The translations under genes were made by a program, and so were the position numbers. A DNA stretch of 46,815 nucleotides from an uncultured Ferruginibacter sp. (GTDB taxonomy: Bacteria; Bacteroidota; Bacteroidia; Chitinophagales; Chitinophagaceae). The DNA lies in NCBI GenBank assembly GCA_964500545.1, contig CAZCOL010000009.1:7627-54441 (forward strand), in the 5' to 3' direction. Below, piece after piece: positions 28,188-38,826 of the stretch (its first letter is position 1; every line of letters starts with the position of its first letter). The notes beneath the pieces are model-generated. The model made no database searches, was not told the DNA's origin, and saw only the letters and a list, made by a program, of their open reading frames with translations.

Positions 28188-28547
28188 TTAATCTCCTTTA
28201 TTCTCCAGATGCAATTTATGAAAGAAACGATGTAAAACGGGTGCTATCAAAATTCCGAAAGTTGTAAGAAAGGTAATGCCGCTGAATAATGCGTAAAAGG
28301 ATGCAAAGATTTTTGCAGCATTTGTAAGAGTAATTTTCGTATCAATAATTGGCCCCATACCACTTAAAATCATGGAAGCGTTTAATAAACTGTCATACCA
28401 GTCAAATTCCGGAACGGTAAGTTTGTAACCTAATACGCCTATAAAAAGACTGATAGCTAAAACCACAAAGGCAATCAAAGCACTGAATGTTTTTCTTTTT
28501 CTGTAAATGGCTCTTGGAGCTAATTTTTCCTTTTTGTTCTCGTACAT
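28188..28547 (-). CDS. Small 2-TM membrane protein with ion-channel-like (TM-pore helix-TM) layout
   Basis: TM1, then W.DSLLNASMILSGMGP, then T.AAKIFASFYALFSG TM2. Resembles KcsA-type topology without TVGYG. Start ATG 28547. Confidence 0.65.
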   Translation of the reverse strand: MYENKKEKLAPRAIYRKRKTFSALIAFVVLAISLFIGVLGYKLTVPEFDWYDSLLNASMILSGMGPIIDTKITLTNAAKIFASFYALFSGITFLTTFGILIAPVLHRFFHKLHLENKGD

Positions 28548-28733
28548 GTATACGAATTTAAATAAAGTCAAAGTATTTATTGAAAAAACTTAATTGCTTT
28601 CCTTAATGTGTAATAATTGCATAAAAAAATAAAATCTTCTGCAATAAAGTCAGTTTGGTTTTATAAAAAATGACATTATCGCATTTTAATTGAATTGGAT
28701 TCTATTTTGATGCTCATTTGTAAAATCAATTTT

Positions 28734-31346
28734 ATGAATTTCAATAATTTCACTATTAAAGCTACGGAAGCGGTACAGAAGGCACAACAGCTTGCCTTTA
28801 ATCAAAAGAATCCGAATATTGAAAGTGAACACATACTTAAGGCTCTTCTGGAAACAGAAGAATCACCGGTAGAATATTTGCTGAAGAAAAACAACGTATC
28901 CTTCAATTTACTGGAGTCAAAGTTAAATGACTTGCTTCTAAAATTTCCTCAAACAAGCTCGGAGCCTGCTCAGACTTTGGGAAGAGAAACCAATGCAATG
29001 CTATTAAGGGCAGGTTCTGTGTTAAAACAATTTCAGGATGAATTTATTACTCCCGAACATTTATTGCTGGCCATGGTTATGGGAAAAGATAATGTATCGG
29101 GAATTTTAAAGGATGCGGGATTGACTGAAAGAGGATTGATTGCTGCAATCAAAGAATTGAGAAAAGGAACTGCTGTCACCTCTCAAACACAGGAAAATAC
29201 ATTCAATGCATTGAACAAGTATGCAAAGAATTTGATTGAAATGGCCAGAAACGGAAAACTGGATCCTGTGATCGGAAGGGATGAAGAAATCAGAAGGACA
29301 TTGCACATACTCAGCAGAAGAACAAAAAACAATCCTATTTTGGTAGGTGAACCAGGAGTGGGTAAAACTGCCATTGCTGAGGGGCTTGCTATGAGAATTG
29401 TAAATGGGGATGTACCGGAAAACCTAAAATCAAAAATAATTTACGCTCTCGATATGGGGCAGTTGATTGCAGGTGCAAAATACAAAGGTGAATTCGAAGA
29501 GCGTCTCAAATCAGTGGTGAAGGAAGTTGCAGGAAGTGAGGGAGAAATAATTTTATTCATTGATGAAATCCACACCTTGGTTGGTGCGGGAGGAGGAGAT
29601 GGTGCAATGGATGCAGCCAATATTCTCAAGCCTGCGCTTGCAAGAGGAGAATTGAGGGCAGTCGGTGCTACTACACTTAATGAGTATCAAAAATATTTTG
29701 AAAAAGATAAGGCACTGGAACGTAGATTTCAGAAAGTGATGATTGACGAACCGACTGTTGAAGATGCTATATCCATATTAAGAGGAATAAAAGACAAATA
29801 CGAAACCTATCACCATGTAAGGATAAAAGATGAAGCAATCATAGCTGCCGTTGAATTGTCTCATCGATACATCACAGATCGTTTTTTACCTGATAAAGCA
29901 ATTGATTTGATTGATGAGAGCGCAGCAAAACTTCGTTTGGAAATGAACTCAATGCCCGAAGAACTGGACAAACTCGAAAGACAAATCCGTCAGCTTGAAA
30001 TTGAAAGAGAAGCAATCAAAAGGGAACAAGATGAGGTCAAACTTAAAGAACTGAATACTGAAATTGCAAATTTTGCTGTTGAAAGAGACACTTATATGGC
30101 AAAGTGGAAACAGGAAAAAGAAATTGTAGAGAAAATACAATCAGGAAAAGCGGCAATTGAACATTTGAAACACGAAGCTGAACAGGCTGAAAGAAATGGT
30201 GATTATGGAAAAGTTGCTGAAATCAGGTATGGTAAAATTAAAGAGCAGGAAGAAATGATACTTTCCAACACTGATAAACTGGAAGAGCTTTCTGAAAGGA
30301 GATTGTTAAAAGAAGAGGTAGATGGAGAGGATATTGCAGAAAGTGTTGCCAAAGCTACCGGAATTCCTGTTTCTAAAATGATGCAAAGTGATCGTGAAAA
30401 ATTGTTGCAATTGGAGGATGAGCTACATAAAAGAGTAGTTGGTCAGCTTGATGCCATTGAAGCTGTTTCCGATGCTATCAGAAGAAGCAGGGCAGGATTG
30501 CAGGATGCCAAAAAACCAATTGGATCCTTTATATTTTTGGGAACTACCGGTGTTGGTAAAACTGAATTGGCTAAAGCTTTGGCTGACTATCTTTTTGATG
30601 ATGACAGCATGATGACTAGAATAGACATGAGTGAATATCAGGAAAAACATTCTGTAAGCAGACTTGTGGGGGCTCCCCCGGGATATATAGGATATGATGA
30701 AGGAGGACAACTTACTGAAGCAGTTAGAAGAAAGCCTTACTCTGTTGTTTTGCTGGACGAGATTGAAAAAGCCCATCCTGATGTGTTTAATATTTTACTG
30801 CAGGTATTGGACGATGGTAGATTAACAGATAATAAAGGTCGTGTGGTGAATTTTAAAAATACGATCATCATAATGACCAGCAACATGGGAAGTGAAATAA
30901 TTCAAGAAAATTTTGAAAAAGTTACAGAGAAAAATAAGCAATCTGTTGTTGAAAAAACCCAGGATCAATTGATTGGAATTCTTAAACAAAATGTAAGACC
31001 CGAATTCATTAACAGAATAGATGAAATCATCATGTTTCATCCGTTGATGAGAAATGATATAAAAAACATCATAAGTATTCAACTGAATGAATTAAAAAAA
31101 TTAGTCGCTAAAAGTGGAATTAACTTACAGTTCAGTGATTATGTGTTGGAATATCTTGGGGAAAATGGTTTTGATACGCAATTTGGCGCAAGACCATTGA
31201 AAAGATTGATTCAAAAACAAATAATCAACCAACTCAGCAAACGTATCCTTGCCGGCGATATTGAAAAATCCCTGCCTGTTACAGTAGATGTTTTTGATGG
31301 GGTGGTAGTATTTAGAAATGAAAATCCAGTACTTAAAAATGCATAA
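28734..31346 (+). CDS. clpB: ATP-dependent chaperone ClpB
   Basis: Two AAA+ modules ([15 protein letters not shown] and [15 protein letters not shown]), middle coiled coil, [16 protein letters not shown]; start ATG 28734. Confidence 0.97.
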   Translation: MNFNNFTIKATEAVQKAQQLAFNQKNPNIESEHILKALLETEESPVEYLLKKNNVSFNLLESKLNDLLLKFPQTSSEPAQTLGRETNAMLLRAGSVLKQFQDEFITPEHLLLAMVMGKDNVSGILKDAGLTERGLIAAIKELRKGTAVTSQTQENTFNALNKYAKNLIEMARNGKLDPVIGRDEEIRRTLHILSRRTKNNPILVGEPGVGKTAIAEGLAMRIVNGDVPENLKSKIIYALDMGQLIAGAKYKGEFEERLKSVVKEVAGSEGEIILFIDEIHTLVGAGGGDGAMDAANILKPALARGELRAVGATTLNEYQKYFEKDKALERRFQKVMIDEPTVEDAISILRGIKDKYETYHHVRIKDEAIIAAVELSHRYITDRFLPDKAIDLIDESAAKLRLEMNSMPEELDKLERQIRQLEIEREAIKREQDEVKLKELNTEIANFAVERDTYMAKWKQEKEIVEKIQSGKAAIEHLKHEAEQAERNGDYGKVAEIRYGKIKEQEEMILSNTDKLEELSERRLLKEEVDGEDIAESVAKATGIPVSKMMQSDREKLLQLEDELHKRVVGQLDAIEAVSDAIRRSRAGLQDAKKPIGSFIFLGTTGVGKTELAKALADYLFDDDSMMTRIDMSEYQEKHSVSRLVGAPPGYIGYDEGGQLTEAVRRKPYSVVLLDEIEKAHPDVFNILLQVLDDGRLTDNKGRVVNFKNTIIIMTSNMGSEIIQENFEKVTEKNKQSVVEKTQDQLIGILKQNVRPEFINRIDEIIMFHPLMRNDIKNIISIQLNELKKLVAKSGINLQFSDYVLEYLGENGFDTQFGARPLKRLIQKQIINQLSKRILAGDIEKSLPVTVDVFDGVVVFRNENPVLKNA

Positions 31347-31539
31347 TAACAAAATTTTAATTTAGTTAATCATCAGATAAATAATGATTTATAAATAATA
31401 ATTAGTGTTATATATAAAATCATTTTCTATTAAGGTTAAAATCCCTTATCTTCATTTGAATCCATATTTTTTTTGGATTAATATAAACAATTAATGTGTT
31501 TTGTTGTTTATATAGTTGATATCATAAAATAATAAAAAA

Positions 31540-32262
31540 ATGGCATTTAAAAAAGAAGTTGCAGAAATTATTGAACCTCGGGATGTTTTTGTAGGTAATC
31601 CGAAAGCGGAAGTAACTTTGGAGGAATTTGGAGAATATGAAAGCGAGGTATGCGCTAAGGCAAATGAAGTAGTTAAACAATTATTGCAGGATTACGATGG
31701 TAAAATCAGATTCAATTTCAGACATTTTCCTTTGACTAAAATACACCAACGCAGTTTGAAGGCAGGTGAAGCTGCTGTAGCAACTGCTCAGGAAGGTAAA
31801 TTCTGGGAAATGCATAATATACTGTTTGCCAATAGAAGGAATCTTGGAACAACCAGTTTAAAGCTGCATTCAAAGGAGGCAGGAGTCAAGAACAAGAGAT
31901 TTCTGGATGACCTTGTAAATGCAACTTATGGCTGGCAAGTTCAGGGTGATTTGAAGGAAGGAATTGACAGAGGAGTAAAAGATGTACCCACCTTTTTTGT
32001 AAACGGAAGTTTGGTATCAAAACCTACTTACGAAGAAATAAAAAAAGCCATAGATGCGGCTTTGAAAAAAACGGGCAAAAAAAATCCGGTAAAAACAGCG
32101 CCCAAAAAAATAGCCATTAAAAAAACGCCTGACGTAAAAGTGTCTGTTAAAGTGATTGATAAGAAAAAAGCAACTAAAACAACTGGAAAAACATCTGTAA
32201 AAGTAGTGCCCAAAAAAAATGTAAAATCCAAAGTGCCTTCAAAAGCAAAGGCTAGGGCATAA
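31540..32262 (+). CDS. DsbA/thioredoxin-fold protein (SxxC) with Lys-rich C-terminal tail
   Basis: G.P.A.VTL.EFGEYESEVC, FRHFPL, GKFWEMH..LF, GV..VPTFFVNG; last ~65 aa are K/V/T/P/A-rich. Confidence 0.85.
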   Translation: MAFKKEVAEIIEPRDVFVGNPKAEVTLEEFGEYESEVCAKANEVVKQLLQDYDGKIRFNFRHFPLTKIHQRSLKAGEAAVATAQEGKFWEMHNILFANRRNLGTTSLKLHSKEAGVKNKRFLDDLVNATYGWQVQGDLKEGIDRGVKDVPTFFVNGSLVSKPTYEEIKKAIDAALKKTGKKNPVKTAPKKIAIKKTPDVKVSVKVIDKKKATKTTGKTSVKVVPKKNVKSKVPSKAKARA

Positions 32263-32278
32263 ATAATTATTTATATCG

Positions 32279-32315
32279 CATAAAAAAAACGTTCTTTTAG
32301 AACGTTTTTTTTATG
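32279..32315. terminator. Bidirectional intrinsic terminator
   Basis: Perfect 17-bp inverted repeat CATAAAAAAAACGTTCT/AGAACGTTTTTTTTATG with A8/T8 tracts, between convergent genes. Confidence 0.85.
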
Positions 32316-32339
32316 AATTATTCTGAAAAAGCCAATGAT

Positions 32340-32495
32340 TTACATCAAATCCATAGCCATGGCAAAGAAAGTTACATTGAAAGGAAGAACCATTGAGCAA
32401 TAGCCGCCACCAACTGCATAAACTCCATAAAAGGCAGCGATTGAGGCAAAAAACAATACCCAATATAATCCGGTTAATTTTTTCTTTTTTTCCAT
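32340..32495 (-). CDS. Small (51 aa) membrane protein
   Basis: MEKKKK followed by two hydrophobic segments. A TATATTTG element at 32512-32519 upstream and the terminator downstream define a transcription unit. Confidence 0.7.
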   Translation of the reverse strand: MEKKKKLTGLYWVLFFASIAAFYGVYAVGGGYCSMVLPFNVTFFAMAMDLM

Positions 32496-32602
32496 TGTAG
32501 ATTTATTTCTGCAAATATAAGGCAGAAAATAAACAGTCAAATATTAATTCAAAGTTTTTTTATCTATAGATTTGATGTTTTTTGCAAAAAATAAATTGTC
32601 TC

Positions 32603-33616
32603 ATGAAATTTTCCTATAAAATTTATAACCTCCCTTTTAAGCATCCATTTGTAATCTCCAAGGCCTCCAAGACTCATCAATCCACTTTTGTAGTTGAACT
32701 TGATTATTTTGGAATAAAGGGTTACGGAGAAGCTCCAGCCATCAGTTATTACAATTTACCTGCTGAAAAAATGGCTGCAGATCTGGAAAGCAAACGAGCA
32801 CTTGTGGAGAAATTTTCTTTTATGGATCCTGAAAGATATTGGCATTACTTACATCATCTTTTTCCTGAAAATCCGTTTTTAGTGTGCGCACTAGATATGG
32901 CAGGCTGGGATATTTATGGGAAAATGAAAAAAATGCAATTGCATCAGCTTTGGAAATTAGATCTTTCTGCTGCTCCTCTTACAGATTTTACACTAGGAAT
33001 TGCTTCACCTGAGTTGATGGTTCAAAAAATGATTGAGCAGCCCTGGCCTGTTTACAAAATTAAAGTTGGTTTCGAAAATGACATTGATACAATTGCTTTA
33101 CTTAGAAAAGAAACCGATGCTGTTTTCAGGGTGGATGCAAATGAAGCCTGGGATATTGAAACTGCTATGAACAAAATACCTGTTTTGAAAGAACTGGGTG
33201 TGGAGCTGGTGGAACAGCCCTTGGCCAAAGATAATTGGGAAGGTATGAAAACACTGTTTGAAAAATCGCCGCTTCCAATTTTCGCAGATGAGTCTTGCAT
33301 AAAAGAATCGGATGTTGAAAAATGTCATCATCATTTTCATGGAATAAATATCAAATTGACCAAATGCAGTGGAATTACCCCTGCAAGAAGAATGATCCAT
33401 CATGCAAAATCTCTGGGTCTGAAAGTGATGATAGGTTGTATGAATGAAACTTCTATTGGGACTTCTGCTATCGCCCAACTGGCTCCAATGTCTGATTACA
33501 CTGATATGGATGGACCTTTATTGTTGAGTGAAGATATTGCAGAAGGAGTGAAATTTAATTTCGGTAAAATTATTTACAATGAACTGCCGGGTTTGGGGAT
33601 CAAATACAATGTTTAA
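32603..33616 (+). CDS. Dipeptide epimerase (L-Ala-D/L-Glu epimerase family, enolase superfamily)
   Basis: GYGEA, KIKVG, RVDANE, EQP, DES, NIKLTK, DMDG; start ATG 32603. Confidence 0.92.
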   Translation: MKFSYKIYNLPFKHPFVISKASKTHQSTFVVELDYFGIKGYGEAPAISYYNLPAEKMAADLESKRALVEKFSFMDPERYWHYLHHLFPENPFLVCALDMAGWDIYGKMKKMQLHQLWKLDLSAAPLTDFTLGIASPELMVQKMIEQPWPVYKIKVGFENDIDTIALLRKETDAVFRVDANEAWDIETAMNKIPVLKELGVELVEQPLAKDNWEGMKTLFEKSPLPIFADESCIKESDVEKCHHHFHGINIKLTKCSGITPARRMIHHAKSLGLKVMIGCMNETSIGTSAIAQLAPMSDYTDMDGPLLLSEDIAEGVKFNFGKIIYNELPGLGIKYNV

Positions 33617-33653
33617 AAAGGGCACGATCATTACACAGCTTTTTTATTTTCTT

Positions 33654-35684
33654 TTACCATATTCTTACTCTTATATTTTCATCTCTGTACATTGGTGATC
33701 CTTTTTTGATGTTGAAAGTGGAATAAAAATCATCCACGTCGGCAAAAGGACCGTTTACCCTGTATTTGGCAGGTGAGTGGACATCTGTCATCAGCCTATT
33801 TTTCAATTGTTCCTCTCGGGTATGACCGAGCCATCCCAAAGCATAACCTAGATAATATCTTTGCATTGGAGTTAGTCCGGCAACTTTTTTTCCTTCCTTG
33901 TATTGAGCAGTTTTTTTAAATGCCTCTATTCCTAATAATATTCCTCCAAGGTCAGCTATATTTTCTCCAAGGGTTGCTTTCCCATTTATATGGTATCCTT
34001 TTACAGGTTCAAATTCATTGAACTGTTCAACCATTACTTTTGCTCTTTTGTTGAATTCTGTTTCATCATTTTTTGTCCACCAGCTTACTAAATTTCCTTT
34101 ATCATCAAACTGACGTCCTTCATCATCAAAACCATGTGTTATTTCATGGCCAATGGTACTTGCACCGCCATATCCATAAACAACAGCATCATCCAGTTCT
34201 TCATCTCTGTATCCGGGAACAGTGAATATTCCGGCAGGCAAAACGATTTCATTGTTGCTCGGGTTGTAGTAAGCATTATATGTCTGTGGATACATATCCC
34301 ATTCATCCCTGTTTACAGGTTTGCCTAATTTATTATACTCATATTCGTGCCACCACAATCTTGCATTCATGAAATTTTTTGCAAGGCTTTCTGTTCCAAT
34401 GTTCATGGAAGAAAAGTCTTTCCACTTGTCCGGATATCCTACTTTGCTTTTAATGGAAGATAATTTTACATAGGCTTTTTTCTTGGTGCTGTCGCTCATC
34501 CAGCTAAGCTTGCTTATTCTGTCTTTAAGGGCTTCTTTGATGGCCTCTACCATTACAGTATATCTTTTTTTTGCCGTTTCATTGAAAAATTCTTTCACAT
34601 ACAATTGTCCAAGCATTTCACCCATCGCATCCTCCTCCAACTGAATCATTCTTTTCCATCTGGGTTTTCTGATTTTTGCACCGGTAAAAAGTTTGTTGAA
34701 ATTAAAGGACTCCTTTCCGTATTCATCTGGCAATACAGCGGACATATCACTGATCAGATTGAATTTTACATAATTTTTCCAATCGGTAATAGGAGTGGTG
34801 ATTAAAATTTTGTTCAAGGATGTGAAAAATTCAGGTTGACCTACAATGACTGAATCTGCTTTTTTTACACCTATTTCAATTAAATAGGAACTCCAATTGA
34901 TGTTGCCCGTCATTTTGCCAAAATCACTGACCGCTATTTTATTATAGTTTTTATAGGGGTCTCTTAAATCTTCAATTTTGCGGGATGCAGTTGCCAACTT
35001 TGTTTCCAATTGTAAAATGTTATTAGCCCCAAGTGCAGCCTTGGAGGCATCTTCGCCGGACATAGTCAGTATGCGTGTGATGTATTCAAGATATTTATTT
35101 CGGATATTTATTGTTGTAGAATCTTTCTTAAAATAATATTCTCTTTCAGGAAGGCCAAGGCCACCTTGATTCAACTGGTATGACATCACTTCACTGTTCT
35201 TTGCATCTTGTCCCACATAGTCACTGAACATGGTGGAAGATCCGATTTTTTTTAATGAGGCAACAGTTGTGATGAGTTCATTGATATTTTCAATCGCATT
35301 TATCTTGTCCAATAAATGCTGAATCGGTTTTAATCCTTCTTTTTCAATTTTATTGCTATCCATTGCGGTTTTCCAGAAATCGCCTATCTTTTGATCATTG
35401 CTTCCATTAGAAGCACCCGCAGATGCTGCTTTTTCGCTGATTTCCCTCAATCTTTTTTGATTTTCCTCCATGACCAAATTGCCAATGCCCCAACTGGACT
35501 GCTCAGCAGGGATTGGATTTTTTTTAATCCAACCACCATTGGCATAATCAAAAAAATCCTGAGAAGGATCTATTGAAGTATCAATGTTCATGGCAACAAC
35601 ATCCGGTTTTCCCTGTTCTTTTTGATGGTTATTGCAGGCATTCAACAAAATAATTCCAATTAGGTATAGGAGGGTTTTCTTCAT
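33654..35684 (-). CDS. M13 family (neprilysin/PepO-like) metallopeptidase, lipoprotein
   Basis: Lipobox LLNAC, DFF.YANGGW, NAYY, HEITH, GENIADLGG, D.HSP..YRVNG; start ATG 35684. Confidence 0.93.
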   Translation of the reverse strand: MKKTLLYLIGIILLNACNNHQKEQGKPDVVAMNIDTSIDPSQDFFDYANGGWIKKNPIPAEQSSWGIGNLVMEENQKRLREISEKAASAGASNGSNDQKIGDFWKTAMDSNKIEKEGLKPIQHLLDKINAIENINELITTVASLKKIGSSTMFSDYVGQDAKNSEVMSYQLNQGGLGLPEREYYFKKDSTTINIRNKYLEYITRILTMSGEDASKAALGANNILQLETKLATASRKIEDLRDPYKNYNKIAVSDFGKMTGNINWSSYLIEIGVKKADSVIVGQPEFFTSLNKILITTPITDWKNYVKFNLISDMSAVLPDEYGKESFNFNKLFTGAKIRKPRWKRMIQLEEDAMGEMLGQLYVKEFFNETAKKRYTVMVEAIKEALKDRISKLSWMSDSTKKKAYVKLSSIKSKVGYPDKWKDFSSMNIGTESLAKNFMNARLWWHEYEYNKLGKPVNRDEWDMYPQTYNAYYNPSNNEIVLPAGIFTVPGYRDEELDDAVVYGYGGASTIGHEITHGFDDEGRQFDDKGNLVSWWTKNDETEFNKRAKVMVEQFNEFEPVKGYHINGKATLGENIADLGGILLGIEAFKKTAQYKEGKKVAGLTPMQRYYLGYALGWLGHTREEQLKNRLMTDVHSPAKYRVNGPFADVDDFYSTFNIKKGSPMYRDENIRVRIW

Positions 35685-35782
35685 ATTATGTATGTTTCGA
35701 TAAAAGTAATAAATGATTGGGGGATGTAAAAAATATTTTATCAAACAATGTTAATAGATGCAATTGTCCGATTTTCGCATTT

Positions 35783-36373
35783 ATGACACCCGAACGCACA
35801 CAAAGATTAAATGATGTTTTAAGTAAAAGACAACTGAATCTGACAGTTGTTCTTGAAAATGTTGCTGATCCGCACAATATCTCAGCAGTCATGAGAACCT
35901 GCGATGCTGTTGGTATTCAGGAGATTTACATTTTAAATACTGTTATCCCCCGACATAAAAAATGGGGAGCCAAAAGCAGTTCAAGCGCATCAAAATGGCT
36001 AACCATTCATCAGTTTGCCGAAGTTGCAACTTGCTTTGAGGCTTTAAGAAAAAAATACAATAAAATTTATACCACTCATCTTAGTCATGATGCTGTAAAT
36101 TTATATGAACTGAATCTTACAGAAAATGTGGCGTTGATTTTTGGCAATGAACATAGTGGAGTCAGCAATGAATTAATCGGATTGGCAGATGGTAATTTCA
36201 TTATCCCGCAGGTGGGCATTATTAAGTCGCTGAATATTTCCGTTGCCTGTGCTGTAAGTCTATACGAAGCGCATCGTCAAAAAAGTATTGCAGGACACTA
36301 CGATCAGCCCCAAATTAAAGGCAATGATTTGGCAGAATTAAGGCAACAATGGGGATTTCTGGAAGAAGATTAA
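35783..36373 (+). CDS. trmH: TrmH/SpoU family RNA 2'-O-methyltransferase (tRNA G18-like)
   Basis: LENV.DPHN.SAV.RTCDA.G, FGNEHSG, IPQVG...SLNISVA; start ATG 35783. Confidence 0.85.
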   Translation: MTPERTQRLNDVLSKRQLNLTVVLENVADPHNISAVMRTCDAVGIQEIYILNTVIPRHKKWGAKSSSSASKWLTIHQFAEVATCFEALRKKYNKIYTTHLSHDAVNLYELNLTENVALIFGNEHSGVSNELIGLADGNFIIPQVGIIKSLNISVACAVSLYEAHRQKSIAGHYDQPQIKGNDLAELRQQWGFLEED

Positions 36374-36382
36374 TGTTATCAG

Positions 36383-37030
36383 ATGTATTTATTGGATAAG
36401 CGACTTTATTTTCCTCCTGTTTGCGATGCAGATGAATCAGGACTTTTAGCCATTGGCGGTGACCTTACAACCGAAAGGCTGCTGCTTGCCTATCAAAACG
36501 GAATTTTTCCATGGTATAATGAGGAAGACCCTATTTTATGGTGGTGCCCATCACCCCGCTGTGTTTTGTTTCCGGAAAAATTAAATATCAGTAAGAGTAT
36601 GCATCGGATTATTAAAAGAAATGAATTCACGTTTTCAGTTAATCAATCTTTTGAAAATGTAATTCAGCAATGTAAATCCATTGATCGTAAAGGTGAAAAC
36701 GGAACCTGGATCAATCAAGATATCGTTGACGCGTATACGAAATTGCATCTAATGGGTTATGCCCTCAGTGCGGAAGCCTGGTTGGGAGATGAACTCGCAG
36801 GAGGGTTGTATGGTGTTAAAATTGGGAATGTTTTCTTTGGGGAAAGTATGTTTTCTAGGAAATCCAATGCCAGCAAATTTGCATTTGTAAAAATGGTACA
36901 ATATCTGCAAATGGAAGGATTGAAAATGATTGATTGTCAGATGAAAACGGATCATCTGATCAGTTTAGGTGCCGAAATGATTGACGGAACACATTTTCAG
37001 CAAATCCTAAAAGTAAATTGTAAAATATAA
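36383..37030 (+). CDS. aat: Leucyl/phenylalanyl-tRNA--protein transferase
   Basis: GLLAIGGDL...RLL.AY..GIFPW, WW.P.PR, TWI, GGLYG, GESMFS, NASK, IDCQ. Confidence 0.95.
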   Translation: MYLLDKRLYFPPVCDADESGLLAIGGDLTTERLLLAYQNGIFPWYNEEDPILWWCPSPRCVLFPEKLNISKSMHRIIKRNEFTFSVNQSFENVIQQCKSIDRKGENGTWINQDIVDAYTKLHLMGYALSAEAWLGDELAGGLYGVKIGNVFFGESMFSRKSNASKFAFVKMVQYLQMEGLKMIDCQMKTDHLISLGAEMIDGTHFQQILKVNCKI

Positions 37031-37049
37031 TGCGGAGATTACAAAAATA

Positions 37050-37595
37050 CTAAGCTATCGCTTTTCTGTTTGCATATTTCAAAGCAAATACATAGCCTGA
37101 AAAAATCACTACATTGAAACATAAATCAGTGAGGAGGCTGTTTTTTAAGAAGGGTATTCCTGCTACCAAACAATTAACCCATCCGGAAAACCCAGTTCCG
37201 TATGTATTGTAAAAATCAAAAAAGAAGCAATTGGTGTTGCTTAGAACAAAAAATAAAATCGAGGAAATTACTGAATAACAACCGATCCTGATGAGATTTG
37301 TATTCTTCATGCTAAAGCCAAGTACTGTTACCATCAATAAGGAAGCATAATTACCAATTTGTCCCATACCATAGAAACCGGGTGCTATATTAAATAGCTC
37401 CAGCATAACATCAGAAATAAACATGGCAATCAAAGGCATGGCAAAGGCAAATTTTCTGTCTTTAATGATCGCTCCGCTGAAAAGCGAAATTGCGATAATA
37501 GGATTTACACTGTGAGGAAAGGTTGTAATTTTTAAAATTGCTGCTGATACGATCAATATTCCTGCAGTTATTATATTTATTTTGTTCTGATTCAT
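37050..37595 (-). CDS. DUF6580-like putative transport membrane protein
   Basis: P.SVNPI.AI.LFSGA, PL.AMFISD, FF..SN, AGIPF..N pattern; about 5 TM. Confidence 0.7.
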   Translation of the reverse strand: MNQNKINIITAGILIVSAAILKITTFPHSVNPIIAISLFSGAIIKDRKFAFAMPLIAMFISDVMLELFNIAPGFYGMGQIGNYASLLMVTVLGFSMKNTNLIRIGCYSVISSILFFVLSNTNCFFFDFYNTYGTGFSGWVNCLVAGIPFLKNSLLTDLCFNVVIFSGYVFALKYANRKAIA

Positions 37596-37703
37596 CAATA
37601 ATTTATTTATCGCAAAAATAGGTAAATAACGATATGTTTTTTAAATACTTTTTAAAGCTTTTTTCCTCATGGTGTTAATATTTCCCTTTTGTAAAATTGA
37701 ATC

Positions 37704-38054
37704 ATGGCAAAACATTTGAAAACGGGCATTGCAGGGGAGCAGCTTGCTGTTGATTATTTTGAGCAGAATCATTATGAAATTATCCACAGAAACTGGCGAA
37801 TAGGTCATTTGGAAGTGGATATCATCGCTGTAAAAGATGGGATACTTCATTTTATAGAGGTTAAAACCAAAACTACCAACTATTATGGATTTCCGGAGGA
37901 AGCTGTTACCAAAAGCAAGTTTAAATATCTGGTGTCTGCTGCAAATCTGTATCTGATTAAAAATCCGCAGTGGGAGAGGATACAATTCGATGTTTTGGCA
38001 ATTACAATGAAACCCGAAATCTGTTATTTTTTGATTGAGGATATTTATATGTAG
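37704..38054 (+). CDS. YraN family (UPF0102) putative endonuclease
   Basis: G..GEQLA, NWR, EVDIIA, FIEVK, EAVT..K, FDV. Confidence 0.92.
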   Translation: MAKHLKTGIAGEQLAVDYFEQNHYEIIHRNWRIGHLEVDIIAVKDGILHFIEVKTKTTNYYGFPEEAVTKSKFKYLVSAANLYLIKNPQWERIQFDVLAITMKPEICYFLIEDIYM

Positions 38055-38074
38055 GTATAAAATTTACAGATCAC

Positions 38075-38755
38075 TTAATTTCTTTTACCAAACAATAAAC
38101 TGCCAATTCTGACCATATTGCTGCCGCATTTGATTGCTAACGAGTAATCACTGCTCATACCCATACTCAAAACGGAAGGTTTGAAATTATCTGTGAAATT
38201 TAATTGAATACTGTCGAAAATTGCTTTCAAATGTATAAATTCTGATGTTAGGGTGTTAGTATTATCAGTAAATGTGGCCATTCCCATCAAGCCTGCAATT
38301 GTGATAAAATCCAAATTGATATTTGAGGAAGCTGAAAAATACTTTTCAATCAATGTAAAAAGTTCCGATTCATTGAAGCCAAATTTTGTTTCTTCTTTAG
38401 CGATATGAACCTGAAGCAGACAATTAATTTGTCTGCCTGTTTTTTGGCCTTGTTTATTTATTTCCAATAATAATTTTTCGCTGTCAACTCCATGTATCAA
38501 ATGAACAAAGGGGGCGATGTATTTTACTTTGTTTGTCTGTAAATGTCCAATAAAATGCCAATGTATATCTTTGGGCAAGGCATTCTGCTTTTCAATTAAT
38601 TCCTGTACATAGTTTTCTCCAAAATCTCTAACCCCAACATTGTAGGCTTCCATTATATCCTCAACAGGCTTGGTTTTGGAAACTGCTATTAACTGAGTTT
38701 GCGATGAACTTAACTCTTGCTTTATTTTGAAATATTGTTCAGTTAAAAATGACAT
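38075..38755 (-). CDS. yggS: YggS family PLP homeostasis protein
   Basis: AVSKTK, FGENYVQE, WHFIGHLQTNKVK, GLMGM, LSMGMSSDY, VRIGS.LFG. Confidence 0.95.
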   Translation of the reverse strand: MSFLTEQYFKIKQELSSSQTQLIAVSKTKPVEDIMEAYNVGVRDFGENYVQELIEKQNALPKDIHWHFIGHLQTNKVKYIAPFVHLIHGVDSEKLLLEINKQGQKTGRQINCLLQVHIAKEETKFGFNESELFTLIEKYFSASSNINLDFITIAGLMGMATFTDNTNTLTSEFIHLKAIFDSIQLNFTDNFKPSVLSMGMSSDYSLAIKCGSNMVRIGSLLFGKRN

Positions 38756-38769
38756 TGCACGAAATTAAA

Positions 38770-38804
38770 TAAAAAGCCCATGATGTTTTTAGAATCATGG
38801 ACTT
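38770..38804 (-). terminator. Probable intrinsic terminator after acyl-CoA dehydrogenase
   Basis: AAGcCCATGAT/ATCATGGaCTT imperfect stem followed by a T-tract on the minus strand. Confidence 0.5.
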
Positions 38805-38826
38805 GAAAAGAAATAAACTGTAAAAA

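Noticed and set aside
28572-28733. CIRCE/CtsR heat-shock operator upstream of clpB
   Set aside because: No TTAGCACTC-N9-GAGTGCTAA; only scattered GTCA/TGACA half-sites, too weak to call
31347-31539. sRNA or hairpin in the clpB-DsbA intergenic region
   Set aside because: Only an 8-bp AT-rich inverted repeat (31383-31390/31417-31424), expected by chance at this composition
26041-33616. anmK and dipeptide epimerase as a peptidoglycan-recycling operon
   Set aside because: More than 5 kb apart, on opposite strands, with unrelated genes between them
37596-37703. Cobalamin riboswitch upstream of the DUF6580-like gene
   Set aside because: About 100 nt of divergent AT-rich spacer, with no B12 box
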